Program-made: the position numbers and the translations under genes
IMG/VR virus record: IMGVR_UViG_3300016675_000314
Source: a virus
Length of the DNA: 34,085 bases
Reading direction: 5' to 3' (one strand)
Notes under the pieces: generated by a model
The model's input: only the letters and a program-made list of their open reading frames with translations
Databases searched by the model: none
What the model was told of the DNA's origin: nothing
Shown here: in pieces, positions 17,858 to 28,276 of the stretch
How positions within the stretch are numbered: the stretch's first letter is position 1
Layout of the letters: every line of letters starts with the position of its first letter

Positions 17858-18289
17858 TTAATTAACAGGGGTGTATTTACCGTTTCTATCAATATAAGAT
17901 TTTTTAAGATTAATATCGTCTTTAGATACTAATACTCTAAAATCTAATTGAATCTGGTTTGTATCTTTATTAAATTGAGCGATTGAAGATTTAAAATAAT
18001 TGATGAGATCTCTTGAAATATTTCGCATCACATCATCAATAGGTCTTCCAGAATGTTTAAAACTGTCAAGTCCTCTTAGATAGTCAGTGACTGAGTATAT
18101 TACGTTATTAATAGCGTGATCAATTCTGTCAATATTATTTTGTTTAACATCAATGCGCCCTATGGTCATGTGTAGCTCACTACCACATCTAATGACAGAT
18201 GTGAGTTCAGCTATAGACATGGTGTGCGCGTCTATTAAATTAAAACTCTTGACATCGATCGCCGGTATTTTAGGTGAACGTGAATGCAT
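17858..18289 (-). CDS. hypothetical protein
   Basis: 143-aa ORF packed in an operon. Confidence 0.7.
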   Translation of the reverse strand: MHSRSPKIPAIDVKSFNLIDAHTMSIAELTSVIRCGSELHMTIGRIDVKQNNIDRIDHAINNVIYSVTDYLRGLDSFKHSGRPIDDVMRNISRDLINYFKSSIAQFNKDTNQIQLDFRVLVSKDDINLKKSYIDRNGKYTPVN

Positions 18290-18827
18290 GGCTTTCTAGT
18301 GTTTCCCAAGTAGACTTTTTAGCATCAACAGTAACAGGTTTACTTTTGGCGCTGATTTCTATAAACCATGATTTCTTAGTCTTGGGGGTGCCGTTGACTA
18401 AACGCAACCTTACGAGATAGTCATTTTGTCTATCTAGTTTTTTAGTCTCAAAATAACACCTGGCCGCCTCTTTCCATAAATGCATTATTCTGTCTTTTGC
18501 AAAGGGGGCAAGAGTCATTTGCAGAGAGTTAACATAGTGCTCAAATTCAGTAATGTAGAGCAAGACATCTTCGGTCGTAAATTTACCTCTAGACTGCTTT
18601 GCAGTTTTAATGTTAGAGGATATCTTACCTTCCGAGTTAGAAATTGTAGTTCTAGTAAGATTAATTAAAACACGATCACGTTTTTCAATAATCTCTCTGA
18701 CAACATTGTCGGTAGGAACAACATCGTCTACAAATGTAAGTTCAAAATCAATACTATTACAAATACCTTTACAAAGTACTTCTAATTCGTTAAGATAGTG
18801 AAGCTGGTTATTTTGAATGTCAGTCAC
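18270..18827 (-). CDS. hypothetical protein (185 aa)
   Basis: ORF track 18270..19232; start moved to the GTG at 18827 (AGGGG-N5-GTG), removing a 356-nt overlap. Confidence 0.65.
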   Translation of the reverse strand: MTDIQNNQLHYLNELEVLCKGICNSIDFELTFVDDVVPTDNVVREIIEKRDRVLINLTRTTISNSEGKISSNIKTAKQSRGKFTTEDVLLYITEFEHYVNSLQMTLAPFAKDRIMHLWKEAARCYFETKKLDRQNDYLVRLRLVNGTPKTKKSWFIEISAKSKPVTVDAKKSTWETLESHAFTFT

Positions 18828-18876
18828 AAAATCCCCTGTATTATTTTTAATTTTAGCAAGGGAGGAACTATCGTTA

Positions 18877-19677
18877 TTAACGACCGCTTCGCAATAGACG
18901 GGCGGTAGAGGTCCTTGCTGCGATAGCGTCGACGATTGTTGTCTCGTGTGTTGCGTTCCTAGGGATGACTCCATCCGACGCATCAGCATCATAGATGGCG
19001 TTGTTTCTACCTTGTTTCGCATTGTGTTGTTTAACATGATTGTTTGTTCCTGTGCCAAGGAGGTGTTCTTCACTAATTTGTTTGAACTTTGTTCGCACGT
19101 TAATTTTACAGTGCGGGTTATTGCGTTGTCTAAAATTAGACCTCGCAGCATGTAGATTATCTCTACTAATGCCAAATGTAACAAGTGGACTTTTGTTTTT
19201 AGTTTTAGGAACATATATAGATTCCGATCCATAAATTAATGGAATCCGAACACTATACTCTGGTTGTTCGTATCTACCGCAGTCACTAATATTTAAATTA
19301 CCCATCGGGTAATGCATAATAAAAACAGCAGGAATCCCATCCATCGAACTACCAAAACTAATTTTAACCACATCAAACATTGGCGGGTGATTGTTTTGGT
19401 TTTTAGAGTCATCGTTACCGATTCTTTCAGCGTATCTAAGACTATAGTCTCTAAGAACGTGTTCAAAAGCCTGCGTATTAATACGGTGGTTGTTTTGAGA
19501 TAAGACAGCTAGTGCAGAATCTATAAAAACTCTTAGATTAGTAACAATACTTTGTTTTTCTTCACCTAAACAAAAGACAGTTGAGTTTTTACAACCATCC
19601 ATAATAACGCCCTCAATCCTCTCTTTAGAGGCGTTAGCAATTTGTTCAAGATCTTTACTGCGCAAAAGTTCGTCCAT
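18877..19677 (-). CDS. hypothetical protein
   Basis: 266-aa ORF. Confidence 0.7.
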   Translation of the reverse strand: MDELLRSKDLEQIANASKERIEGVIMDGCKNSTVFCLGEEKQSIVTNLRVFIDSALAVLSQNNHRINTQAFEHVLRDYSLRYAERIGNDDSKNQNNHPPMFDVVKISFGSSMDGIPAVFIMHYPMGNLNISDCGRYEQPEYSVRIPLIYGSESIYVPKTKNKSPLVTFGISRDNLHAARSNFRQRNNPHCKINVRTKFKQISEEHLLGTGTNNHVKQHNAKQGRNNAIYDADASDGVIPRNATHETTIVDAIAARTSTARLLRSGR

Positions 19678-19691
19678 GATTGTTTTAATAA

Positions 19692-19994
19692 TTAATCAGC
19701 ACTAGGGATATTTTGTAAGAAATCATCAGCAGCTATTCGTTTACCTGCTAAGGTTGGAGTCATCTCCACAAAACGGTCTTCTGCGTTTTGTAATATAACG
19801 TGCAGTATCTGAGACTGCGTTATCATGCATTCTAAAATAGACAGTAGCTCTTTGCCGCTCCACTTCTTATTTGGATCGTTTTTAACTAAGTTATGAATAG
19901 TTCTAACTTTTGTAACAGTTTGATTATTTAATCGATAGTATTTATAAATACGTTCGGTTATTTCTTTAATTTCATCGCTGCTGTAGGTACGCAT
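19692..19994 (-). CDS. hypothetical protein (100 aa)
   Basis: ORF track 19692..20093; start moved to the ATG at 19994 (AGGTG RBS, downstream of the promoter motif). Confidence 0.65.
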   Translation of the reverse strand: MRTYSSDEIKEITERIYKYYRLNNQTVTKVRTIHNLVKNDPNKKWSGKELLSILECMITQSQILHVILQNAEDRFVEMTPTLAGKRIAADDFLQNIPSAD

Positions 19995-20015
19995 ATGACA
20001 CCTGTTATTGGTGAG

Positions 20016-20042
20016 TACCACTAATACAATATGTGGTTGAAA
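20016..20042 (-). promoter_or_regulatory. putative early-type promoter motif
   Basis: TTTCAACCACATATTGTATTAGTGGTA, just after the terminator of the virion operon. Confidence 0.45.
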
Positions 20043-20092
20043 ATAAATATAACGTAAGCTACACAAAATAGCTCTATACGATAAAAACAACA

Positions 20093-20128
20093 TAATAAGC
20101 AGACTACTTTTAAGTAGTCTGCTTATTA
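20093..20128 (-). terminator. terminator of the virion operon
   Basis: 17-bp inverted repeat taataagcagactactt / aagtagtctgcttatta plus T-rich tail. Confidence 0.75.
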
Positions 20129-20138
20129 CTTATTTTAT

Positions 20139-20567
20139 TTATGGATAATAGGTAAATGTGACGTTACCTGTAAAAACTAAATTTGTTGCTGTAGCAGTAA
20201 GAACAAAATTAGTAGCACCAAGCGGACCGTCGACAAAGTCTCCAGGTTGCATAGTGACACCTAATTCGTCATTGATGGCGGCTAAAGCTCCGTGCACGGT
20301 AGTGGCCGAACCTTTAACAATCTTTGGCGCTGTAAGAGCGGTAGCAAGATTTTCACGATCATAGAAAAGATTAATAGTGCCAAAACTACTAGTGGCTAGT
20401 TTTGGAATAGCTTTTAATCTAGTGTTCTTGGTGCTTTGTGGTCCAGAGAATATTTGAGGGGGTTGGAGTTCAAACTCTGCAGGGTTAATAGCCGTTAAAC
20501 CTCTGTCTACACGGTTTTGATTATACACTGCAAAAATCTTCTCCACTGGGTCAAGAGTGGTTGCCAT
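20139..20567 (-). CDS. putative virion (tail-associated) protein, paralog 3
   Basis: Shares FE..P...NT....P.....Y.R.[DN]L domain with the two upstream ORFs; GAGG RBS. Confidence 0.7.
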   Translation of the reverse strand: MATTLDPVEKIFAVYNQNRVDRGLTAINPAEFELQPPQIFSGPQSTKNTRLKAIPKLATSSFGTINLFYDRENLATALTAPKIVKGSATTVHGALAAINDELGVTMQPGDFVDGPLGATNFVLTATATNLVFTGNVTFTYYP

Positions 20568-20582
20568 AAAACCTCGATTTTG

Positions 20583-21059
20583 TTAGTTATCTTTTAATAT
20601 TCTTACATGTAAAGAGCCTAATAAAAACAATGATTCAGGTTTTGCGACCATAGGCACTGTTATATATGCTCTTCCTGCTTGAGCTGGTAATTCTACGTTA
20701 TAGACATCGTCTTGCGTTATTACGCCAGCTACTGAGACCAAATCTTTTTCAGGATGAGGTCTTTGATTTATTTGAAATATTGGATCAACGTTAATTTGAT
20801 CCAATAAGTCATACAAAGTATTTGCCGCATTTCGCTGCACTATTACCATATACGGGCCAGCTAAATCCGCACGATTATAGCGCATTACTCTATTAGTGTA
20901 CCAGTGAGAGCTGTGGTAAGGAACAATTGATATTTCTGTATTTAAACCAACAGGCCTTGCCACAGGAGTCCCTAATTCAAAATCATCTGGGTCTAGTTCT
21001 CTTCTGATGTTGGCTGAAATCATCTTAAAGAACTCAGACTTAGCCTGTGCGCTAGGCAT
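20583..21059 (-). CDS. putative virion (tail-associated) protein, paralog 2
   Basis: FELGTPV...LNTEISIVP...YNRADL. Confidence 0.7.
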   Translation of the reverse strand: MPSAQAKSEFFKMISANIRRELDPDDFELGTPVARPVGLNTEISIVPYHSSHWYTNRVMRYNRADLAGPYMVIVQRNAANTLYDLLDQINVDPIFQINQRPHPEKDLVSVAGVITQDDVYNVELPAQAGRAYITVPMVAKPESLFLLGSLHVRILKDN

Positions 21060-21061
21060 GA

Positions 21062-22840
21062 TTATAAGACTTTCTGATATAGAGCAAAATTGTTAATAAC
21101 GGCAGGACTACCGGCCACTTCAGGTGACGAATAGATGATGTTATCAATCTCTCCAGACTTGAGATACAGTACTGCTAGTTGTCTTTGTGTAGACCACCCG
21201 CCAGCTGGTAGTTTTGTTAAACCTGCGCCATATACAATAGTTTTTCCGTTAGTCTGATAATGTACGCCAGTGACGGATTCCCAGCGGACTTGATTGGCAT
21301 ACGCCAGACCAGACAACGTCAATAAATCGCCCTTATCGTCAAACGAAATAGGCATTCTTTGTTCAAAGCCAGTGATGGGGTTAGTTTTATTAGTTATAAA
21401 CGTAACGCCATTGAGTCTTGGAGCAAGCACACGACAGTTATTGGTAATGCTTGCCGTTGGTTTAAATACAGAATCAGGACTGCTATTTAAGAGTCTGTTT
21501 TTATATCCTGCATCAAGTTCTCCGGTTTCTTTAAACTTAATTACCGGATTCCAAGCATAGACTTGTAATTCACCACCAGGCACCAAAGGCGTGCCGTTCA
21601 CTACAGGTATGTTATCTGCTGTGATGCTGGAGAGATTGGTGCCTGTTCCAATAGCTAAATAAAAACCACCGCTCTCAACAGGCGTTAAGTCTATCACGCC
21701 ATGTAGCGCACCAGAACCAGTCTTAGTAAGAATAATGCTTGCAAAATCTAAATCAATAGCACCTGTAGGTAGTAATCTATCGATTCTAATCTTATTTACA
21801 CCTGCGTCATTATATTGTTCGCTAACTGTGTAGATCTTATTGTTTTTATCTACAGCAATCATGGAAGGTACGTATGTAATCCCAGTTACCACAAAACTAG
21901 TGTCTAAAACACCGTTATTATCGTATCTGTATACTTTTGTTATTAAATCAGTGCCGATAGTGTCCGCTGTATCTATAATGTATTTAAAAGGCACAGACCA
22001 ATGACCATACCACTGGCTAATACTAGCAGCACCAAACAACGCTTGAGCGGTTGTACCGGTTTTAAGTACACTACCTACGTCATTCATAATTACTGTGGCG
22101 CTAGTGTATGTTGTAAGTGGTTCAGCACCAAGAACAGCATCAAATACAAAAGTACCCCTAGCAACAATATTGCCGTTACTTAAACTAAATAGTTGTTGTG
22201 AATTAAATTCAGCTACAGACACAGCGTTACGCAATGCTCTGAATGTACTGTGTTCAGTCATATCTGCTTTAATACAGACAATTTTGTTAGCTATTTCTGG
22301 AACACTACCAGGGATAACCACAGTCATGTAGTATTTGCGTTCAGTATTATCAGTGTCCTGTACCGGTGCGGCCTCATTAAGAACCACATTACAACTACCG
22401 TAGAACAAGACAGAGTCAGCATTAGCTTGTAATGTAACTGTTAATCTTGCATCTGGATGCATTGGGTCTGGCAGAGGAAGCGTTTGTTCTACATAGTCTT
22501 CTACTCTTAGATTAATGCCATAAAAAGTATTAATATCAGGAATAATCTCAGATAAAAGAGTTCTTGAGCCTACTGTGATTTCAGCTTGCTTAGTAGCGTA
22601 TATTTCAGCCAAGTCCATTCTTTTATAATAAACCTTAGCAGAGTTATAATAACTACTGGTAGTAAGAGGCGTAAGTACAATAGATGTATTTATATCACTA
22701 TTAATAAGAGAGTCCGGTACGGGGTTACTGTACTCAAATTCTAGATAGTCTAAGCTAGTTCTGTTTTCTTCATTTATAGCTTCAACAAGTATTTGGTGTG
22801 CTGGCTTTAGTATATCCAGCGGCAAGCTCAAAGTTGGCAT
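21062..22840 (-). CDS. putative virion/tail-appendage protein: paralogous N-terminal domain plus beta-propeller-like repeats
   Basis: FEYSNPV...INTSIVLTP...YKRMDL; repeats RYDNNGVLDTSF, RLLPTGAIDLDF, KFKETGELDAGY. Confidence 0.75.
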   Translation of the reverse strand: MPTLSLPLDILKPAHQILVEAINEENRTSLDYLEFEYSNPVPDSLINSDINTSIVLTPLTTSSYYNSAKVYYKRMDLAEIYATKQAEITVGSRTLLSEIIPDINTFYGINLRVEDYVEQTLPLPDPMHPDARLTVTLQANADSVLFYGSCNVVLNEAAPVQDTDNTERKYYMTVVIPGSVPEIANKIVCIKADMTEHSTFRALRNAVSVAEFNSQQLFSLSNGNIVARGTFVFDAVLGAEPLTTYTSATVIMNDVGSVLKTGTTAQALFGAASISQWYGHWSVPFKYIIDTADTIGTDLITKVYRYDNNGVLDTSFVVTGITYVPSMIAVDKNNKIYTVSEQYNDAGVNKIRIDRLLPTGAIDLDFASIILTKTGSGALHGVIDLTPVESGGFYLAIGTGTNLSSITADNIPVVNGTPLVPGGELQVYAWNPVIKFKETGELDAGYKNRLLNSSPDSVFKPTASITNNCRVLAPRLNGVTFITNKTNPITGFEQRMPISFDDKGDLLTLSGLAYANQVRWESVTGVHYQTNGKTIVYGAGLTKLPAGGWSTQRQLAVLYLKSGEIDNIIYSSPEVAGSPAVINNFALYQKVL

Positions 22841-22886
22841 AAGTCACCTTGATTATTAAGTTCATAGATATTTCTCAACCAACATA

Positions 22887-22920
22887 AGACTACTAGTGGC
22901 TTTTACACCACTAGTAGTCT
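22887..22920 (-). terminator. intergenic hairpin
   Basis: 13-bp inverted repeat agactactagtgg / ccactagtagtct. Confidence 0.7.
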
Positions 22921-22932
22921 ATGATAAGGTTT

Positions 22933-23286
22933 TTAATGAGAGTCATCGTACCTTGGGGCGTCCTTTATAACAAATAGCAAATCAAATGCGTCAATGTGTA
23001 ATGGATACTCCAAACCAGTAGCAATCTCTCTCACTATAACCAAGGACTCATCCGGAACGATTCTTTCAACCACAAATAAATCAAGCTCGGTATTGACGCG
23101 GTGTTCAGTACCTGTTGATGGATATGCGTTATGAATGTCACTAAGAGTGTGTCCCTCGCTAAAGGCGTCGCCAAAAGACTCGGCCGCCTCTTTATTAAAA
23201 CCAAAGAGTCTAAGTATAAGCTTAAATAGCCTCGTACTCAGTCCATCTTTTAATTTCTTTTTTGTCGTCTTCGTCTGAAGAGTCAT
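22933..23286 (-). CDS. hypothetical protein
   Basis: ORF track 22933..23319; start moved to the ATG at 23286 (GAGGAG RBS); overlaps the upstream gene. Confidence 0.6.
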   Translation of the reverse strand: MTLQTKTTKKKLKDGLSTRLFKLILRLFGFNKEAAESFGDAFSEGHTLSDIHNAYPSTGTEHRVNTELDLFVVERIVPDESLVIVREIATGLEYPLHIDAFDLLFVIKDAPRYDDSH

Positions 23287-24646
23287 CGTTTTGCTCCTCG
23301 TCACGAGGCGGGTTGACATATATCGTTAATGCAATCACTGTAGTGTGTCGTTTTGGTGTCAACCCTTGGCCGTGGAGCTGCACAGCTACCTCAGCACCAA
23401 GTAACACACCGTGAAGCTCTTGCACCTCATCTTTGTCAAGATAGTGTATCTTACACATCATTCCAGGTAAAAGCACTGAAGGGTCAGAGTTTTCCCACAT
23501 GACTCTTAAGATACCGCCGCCTCTACCGGCTATTTCTGATCTTTCTACAAAAGGATTTGAGTTAGTTTTTCTACTACTTTGGTAGACACTATTTTTCTCT
23601 TTACCTCTGTCGAGCAATATGAACTCATGATTAGCTTCTTTACGTTTAGCTACAGACTTATTATCTTTAACTTCAGTAAAATCTCTAACGTATTTTCTAG
23701 AATCAGAAAACCTAGTACCGTTGCCGTCTACAGTGTAATTGTTTTGAGCATCGTCACCAATAGCGGAATTAGATGTACCTATGATGTACGTTGTATCACC
23801 TTCGGTCCTATAGGTTCTCTCCATTCCGTGAGTTCTAAAGGTAGGTACTTTTATGATGGTTAAACGCTTTTTAGCTTTTTCCAAACGAGTGGTGTCGTAT
23901 AGAGGATAGATAAACCAGTGGCGTTTACAATAATAACATCCTGTTCCTGTGTTGTATAGTCCGCCAACACGTCTTTGGATGTAGACAGGTAAATCAATGA
24001 TGCGAGTGCCTTGTGGAACAATAAAATGCTCCCTCTTCTCATCATTATCTGGCTCTACAAAGTCCACCCCTTTAAAACTAATTTCGTCTTCTACCTTTAT
24101 CTTCTTAGTCTCTTTAGCTAAGATATATTTAATAACGTCCTCAGGAGTACTGCGTCTAAATATTCCACCAACAGTTACTAATCGCAATTGATGCAGCAGC
24201 TTGTCTGTTAATTGAAACTCAATCGTTAGTACTTCTAATTTATCTAATTCTCTTAACTTTAACTTATCGATATCCTTGCCTGCTGTTACTGGCATTGTGT
24301 CCGGATTAGGCACAGCAATAAATCTCTGTACTTCAATTTCCTTTTCTTCTTCGCGTTCATCGGACACTTCGTCCTGAGGTACACGTAAAAGGGACATTTC
24401 TAATTTATCCCTCTTAGGATAAATTACCTTAGCCCAAAGGCCGGCAGGCAGCATTACACTTATAGTAATCATATCACCGACTCTAGTTATGTAATCGTTG
24501 ATCATGTCCACAGAGATCACTTTGATTACTTCAAAGTCCTTATCATCAACGTGTATTTTGGCCTTGTATTGGTAGTATACAGGTTTTGGGCCGTCGTCAA
24601 TGATTTCTTTGATCTCTTTGTAAATTGGGCTGTCTTCTATTTCCAT
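23222..24646 (-). CDS. putative virion structural protein (phiKZ gp101-like by synteny)
   Basis: 474 aa; position after the internal-head array; family call from recalled gene order only. Confidence 0.55.
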   Translation of the reverse strand: MEIEDSPIYKEIKEIIDDGPKPVYYQYKAKIHVDDKDFEVIKVISVDMINDYITRVGDMITISVMLPAGLWAKVIYPKRDKLEMSLLRVPQDEVSDEREEEKEIEVQRFIAVPNPDTMPVTAGKDIDKLKLRELDKLEVLTIEFQLTDKLLHQLRLVTVGGIFRRSTPEDVIKYILAKETKKIKVEDEISFKGVDFVEPDNDEKREHFIVPQGTRIIDLPVYIQRRVGGLYNTGTGCYYCKRHWFIYPLYDTTRLEKAKKRLTIIKVPTFRTHGMERTYRTEGDTTYIIGTSNSAIGDDAQNNYTVDGNGTRFSDSRKYVRDFTEVKDNKSVAKRKEANHEFILLDRGKEKNSVYQSSRKTNSNPFVERSEIAGRGGGILRVMWENSDPSVLLPGMMCKIHYLDKDEVQELHGVLLGAEVAVQLHGQGLTPKRHTTVIALTIYVNPPRDEEQNDDSSDEDDKKEIKRWTEYEAI

Positions 24647-25215
24647 CGTCCAAACCCTATTACGTTTTTCTTAAATACTTCAGAATACTCGTATCTTTGA
24701 GCGTAATCTTCTTCACGCTTGACTTTATCAGTATTCTTAGTGATGGCGCTTCCAAATGTGTTTCTAGACAAAGTAGTTATAGAGGAGATACGCTGCATAA
24801 AGACTGAAGTAGCAATTTCATCTTTTATGATGTACTTTGCTTTACTATATACTGAATTAGCAAATTCATCCATAGCTATCAAGTCATCAATTGGCGCGTC
24901 TCCAATGTTCACTCCATTTTGAAGTAAATTAGCCCAAGCGCGCAAATGTCTCTCAACACACTGATAAATCTTTTCACAGTCGTCATAATTGACCACTTGA
25001 ATGGGAATACCTTTTTTATGATATTCGACCATCTGGTCTATAGTGATCATAGTGTCGACATACTGATCTGGACAAGAGTCGTCAATTGCTTTATAACCGC
25101 TACTTTGTCTGCCAAAGATTTTGTAATACTCAGCACTAGTAGTTAGGTTTTGAGAAACCAGGCATCTCCAACTTCTATCCCAAATATCTACAGTAGTATC
25201 AGGGTTAGTGAGCAT
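24637..25215 (-). CDS. phiKZ-like hypothetical protein (gp100-like by synteny)
   Basis: 192 aa, translationally coupled on both sides. Confidence 0.55.
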   Translation of the reverse strand: MLTNPDTTVDIWDRSWRCLVSQNLTTSAEYYKIFGRQSSGYKAIDDSCPDQYVDTMITIDQMVEYHKKGIPIQVVNYDDCEKIYQCVERHLRAWANLLQNGVNIGDAPIDDLIAMDEFANSVYSKAKYIIKDEIATSVFMQRISSITTLSRNTFGSAITKNTDKVKREEDYAQRYEYSEVFKKNVIGFGRWK

Positions 25216-26582
25216 TAAAACCTCCTGATTACGGACTTAATAAGACACAGTAAGATAGGGAGATAATAAAATCTCTCTATAGCTCCCCAATTGTGATATC
25301 TTGACGATACATCATAAATATCTTTTGGAGAATTATGTCTGTCATTAATAAAATTTAAGACAAGTATTTCCAGTAGCGACTGTACTGGTTCGTTTTTATA
25401 AAAAGCATTACTAAAAACGTATGTGTCGTCTTCATGAATGGGTTTAATTACAGGTCTATTGGCTACGCCCGAGTGATCAATTACATTATCTGTTATTATT
25501 GTGCTAATATCACCAGGCCTAGTTTTAGAAGGTAAATAATCAAAATCAATTACCACTTTACTAGATAGAGAATTAAAATTACTATCAGGTGTTTCTTGTC
25601 TACCCTTAGGATAAACAACAAAACCAACTCTAGTCATTCTAATGCTGGCTAAAAGAGGATTAGCACTAAAACTCCTAGCAGATGTAACACCCATGTATCT
25701 GTTAGTCATCTCTAATGTTCTTGGAGATCTTTTCTCTAGTGCTTTATAGAGGTGATCTTCCAATAATACGTCATCATCGCCACAGTTGAGTAAAATTAAT
25801 TCACGAACATACTTGTGATCATCAGTATTGAGTAGCTTAGATACAAAGGAAGCAACATAACTATCGTAAACCATAACTTCTTGATTTGGCACTAAAAGAG
25901 TTTTTGTCTCTCTAGAGTAAAACCAGTTCATGTAGTTATCAACAATCTCATTATAAAGCGAGTGTAATTGCTCAATGGTATTGTATTCTTGAGTAGTGAT
26001 AACAGGTGCTTGACCGTGTGCTAGTAAATCTCTAGCATAGTGCAGCGTTTGCACTACTTTATTATCTAAGTCTGCTTTTTTATTAGGATACTCGTCCACA
26101 AAGTAAATAAGTGTATACTCCAGGCTATATACACTTTCAGCCATAAGGCTTTTCTTAGTGGTTGTATTTACTTCAAATACACCAAGACGACCGTCACCAA
26201 CGTCAGCCACAAACATATCGCCTTTATTAGCGATAAGTGTGGAATGCATAGTGGAGGTACCTTGAGCCGTAAAAGATTTAGTTACGGTATCTTGGTTCCA
26301 AGTAATCGGATTTTCTGCTTTTAACTCTAAAGCCTTAATTAATTTATACTGTTGATACTGTTTAGGTAACGACGGATCCTGCCCTTGCAGCTGTGAGTCT
26401 TTACCTATTACTTGACTGTAGTAGTCTACTGTCCAGTTATATCCTTCTACAAAAGTAATTAAGGAAGACAGTGGTGTATATTTAGTGTCAACCAGTGGAC
26501 TATCAAATGGTTTATCTACCACCTTTGGCGGGTTAGTAATTACCGGCGTAGGTGCTGTTGGTTTTGCTTTAACGATAGGCAT
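25215..26582 (-). CDS. putative virion structural protein (gp99-like by synteny)
   Basis: 455 aa, coupled to its neighbours; WTVDYYSQ and GDMFVADVGDGR segments. Confidence 0.6.
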   Translation of the reverse strand: MPIVKAKPTAPTPVITNPPKVVDKPFDSPLVDTKYTPLSSLITFVEGYNWTVDYYSQVIGKDSQLQGQDPSLPKQYQQYKLIKALELKAENPITWNQDTVTKSFTAQGTSTMHSTLIANKGDMFVADVGDGRLGVFEVNTTTKKSLMAESVYSLEYTLIYFVDEYPNKKADLDNKVVQTLHYARDLLAHGQAPVITTQEYNTIEQLHSLYNEIVDNYMNWFYSRETKTLLVPNQEVMVYDSYVASFVSKLLNTDDHKYVRELILLNCGDDDVLLEDHLYKALEKRSPRTLEMTNRYMGVTSARSFSANPLLASIRMTRVGFVVYPKGRQETPDSNFNSLSSKVVIDFDYLPSKTRPGDISTIITDNVIDHSGVANRPVIKPIHEDDTYVFSNAFYKNEPVQSLLEILVLNFINDRHNSPKDIYDVSSRYHNWGAIERFYYLPILLCLIKSVIRRF

Positions 26583-28161
26583 GTTTAATTCCCGGTATTA
26601 CTAATTTAGGGTCAGTATACTCACTGCGTTTATCAGTAACAACATAATGGGTTTGCACTGTATTATGTTGGAATCTGTTTTTATTAATGAAACTCATTGG
26701 GTAGCCGGTATCAGGCAAATAGTCTTTAAGATACTTTGTTAAGTCTACTCTTTGAGCAATTAATTTAAGTTGCCCCATAGAAGTACCCATTGCTAAAATA
26801 ATTTTTATTAAAGCTTTAGGGTACTTTTTCATTCTTTTTAAGGCTTCAATATCAATTGTATCGATATCTGTGTAAATAGAAAAGCGAATCTGATGAATTA
26901 CTCTTGGATCTAAATCTTCTAATGAAGTTATGTTTAACTGATTATCACAAGTGATTTTATTAGAATCAATTATACAACTATTTTTATAAAGACTAATATT
27001 AAAAAGAGTCTTATATGGAACAGTTAACCATCTCCATTCAGAATCTAATATAAATTCTAATATGTCAGGGTCAAGCGCATAGTCGCCAATATCTTTAGCA
27101 TTATAAAGTGTTTTTAGATCTGATTCGTCTACTTGCAATAGAACAGAATAAATAGTGGACGTTGCATGATACTGTACATTTGGTCTAAACTCATCAAATG
27201 CCGGTACAGTAATTGGTTTATAAGTTTCTTTATAAAGATGAATCTCATTAGGTCTTTCAAAATAATGCATTGCATTACCAGATAGTGAAAAACTTTTTCT
27301 ATGATTATCTAAATTAGCAGCTGTATCTTTTACTATGTATCTGTCGTCGATTAATTGATTATGTACCATCACCGGATACAAGGCATTAACAGAGATGGGC
27401 TTATCGTAAGTATACTTGTAACTAAAGTTTACAATCCAAGCACTACCATTATCTGCCTTATCGCCTTTTTCTGGTACTATTTCAAAATCATAAAGACCTT
27501 GAATTCTTATTTGTGTTTCAGCAATAGAGACACTTTGAGATTTACCATCTAAAGCAGCGACTACAGTAGCTTGTGAAGTAATGTGACCAGCAAGGTAGTT
27601 TGCAAAATCCTCACCATACGGCCTTACAGTCTCTCGTAATGAATGGATTTCCATTAAAATATCCATTATCCACAAAGGCACCATGTAGTGATACGACGCG
27701 GTATGTAAATTCATATCACCGTACGTCATTAATTTAGTTTCTATTCTGTTCCTCCAAGCAATGGCTTGTGCCTTGCTATCAAAACGATAAGAAATATCTA
27801 AATTAACTTCTGTTGGAGCTTTTGCTGGTCTTAATGTTACCTGCAGTGCGTCGTCTATAAAAAATGGTAGATTATCCGTTTTCTTAGCAAACGAGAGATT
27901 CATCGCTTCTCTAAACGTTTGCTCAGTAACCACAATAGTCATTTGGTTAGAAAATGGTAACGTGGTCCTGTTTTTCAAATTGTTTTGTGAATCAAGAGTG
28001 GAGCCTTTTTGATAAGACTCCTCAGAATCACCAGCGTACATTAATCTGACGTTTTCATAGTCAATACCCATCAGCGACGATAACTGCCTGCTTACTGCGG
28101 CAGCCACTGGTCTACTAATGCTATTTTCTACATCAGGTATCTCAACAAGTATGTTTGGCAT
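26569..28161 (-). CDS. putative virion structural protein (gp98-like by synteny)
   Basis: 530 aa, GAGG RBS, directly after the internal-head array. Confidence 0.6.
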   Translation of the reverse strand: MPNILVEIPDVENSISRPVAAAVSRQLSSLMGIDYENVRLMYAGDSEESYQKGSTLDSQNNLKNRTTLPFSNQMTIVVTEQTFREAMNLSFAKKTDNLPFFIDDALQVTLRPAKAPTEVNLDISYRFDSKAQAIAWRNRIETKLMTYGDMNLHTASYHYMVPLWIMDILMEIHSLRETVRPYGEDFANYLAGHITSQATVVAALDGKSQSVSIAETQIRIQGLYDFEIVPEKGDKADNGSAWIVNFSYKYTYDKPISVNALYPVMVHNQLIDDRYIVKDTAANLDNHRKSFSLSGNAMHYFERPNEIHLYKETYKPITVPAFDEFRPNVQYHATSTIYSVLLQVDESDLKTLYNAKDIGDYALDPDILEFILDSEWRWLTVPYKTLFNISLYKNSCIIDSNKITCDNQLNITSLEDLDPRVIHQIRFSIYTDIDTIDIEALKRMKKYPKALIKIILAMGTSMGQLKLIAQRVDLTKYLKDYLPDTGYPMSFINKNRFQHNTVQTHYVVTDKRSEYTDPKLVIPGIKHAYR

Positions 28162-28232
28162 ACCATCCTCTAGGTATTATTAATCTTTAAGATTGACACA
28201 AGATTAAGTCCCACTAGTCTTATAAATACATC

Positions 28233-28268
28233 ATACAGTCTATGCCTGATAAAAGGCATAGACTGTAT
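28233..28268 (-). terminator. intergenic hairpin
   Basis: 15-bp inverted repeat atacagtctatgcct / aggcatagactgtat. Confidence 0.72.
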
Positions 28269-28276
28269 ATATTTAC

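Noticed and set aside
18877-19232. 356-nt same-strand overlap of two ORFs
   Set aside because: A GTG with an RBS at 18827 explains the downstream gene without overlap; the extension looks like an off-frame read.
18877-19677. Faint resemblance to an N-terminal segment of a jumbo-phage RNA polymerase subunit
   Set aside because: No diagnostic motif; too weak to support without a profile search.
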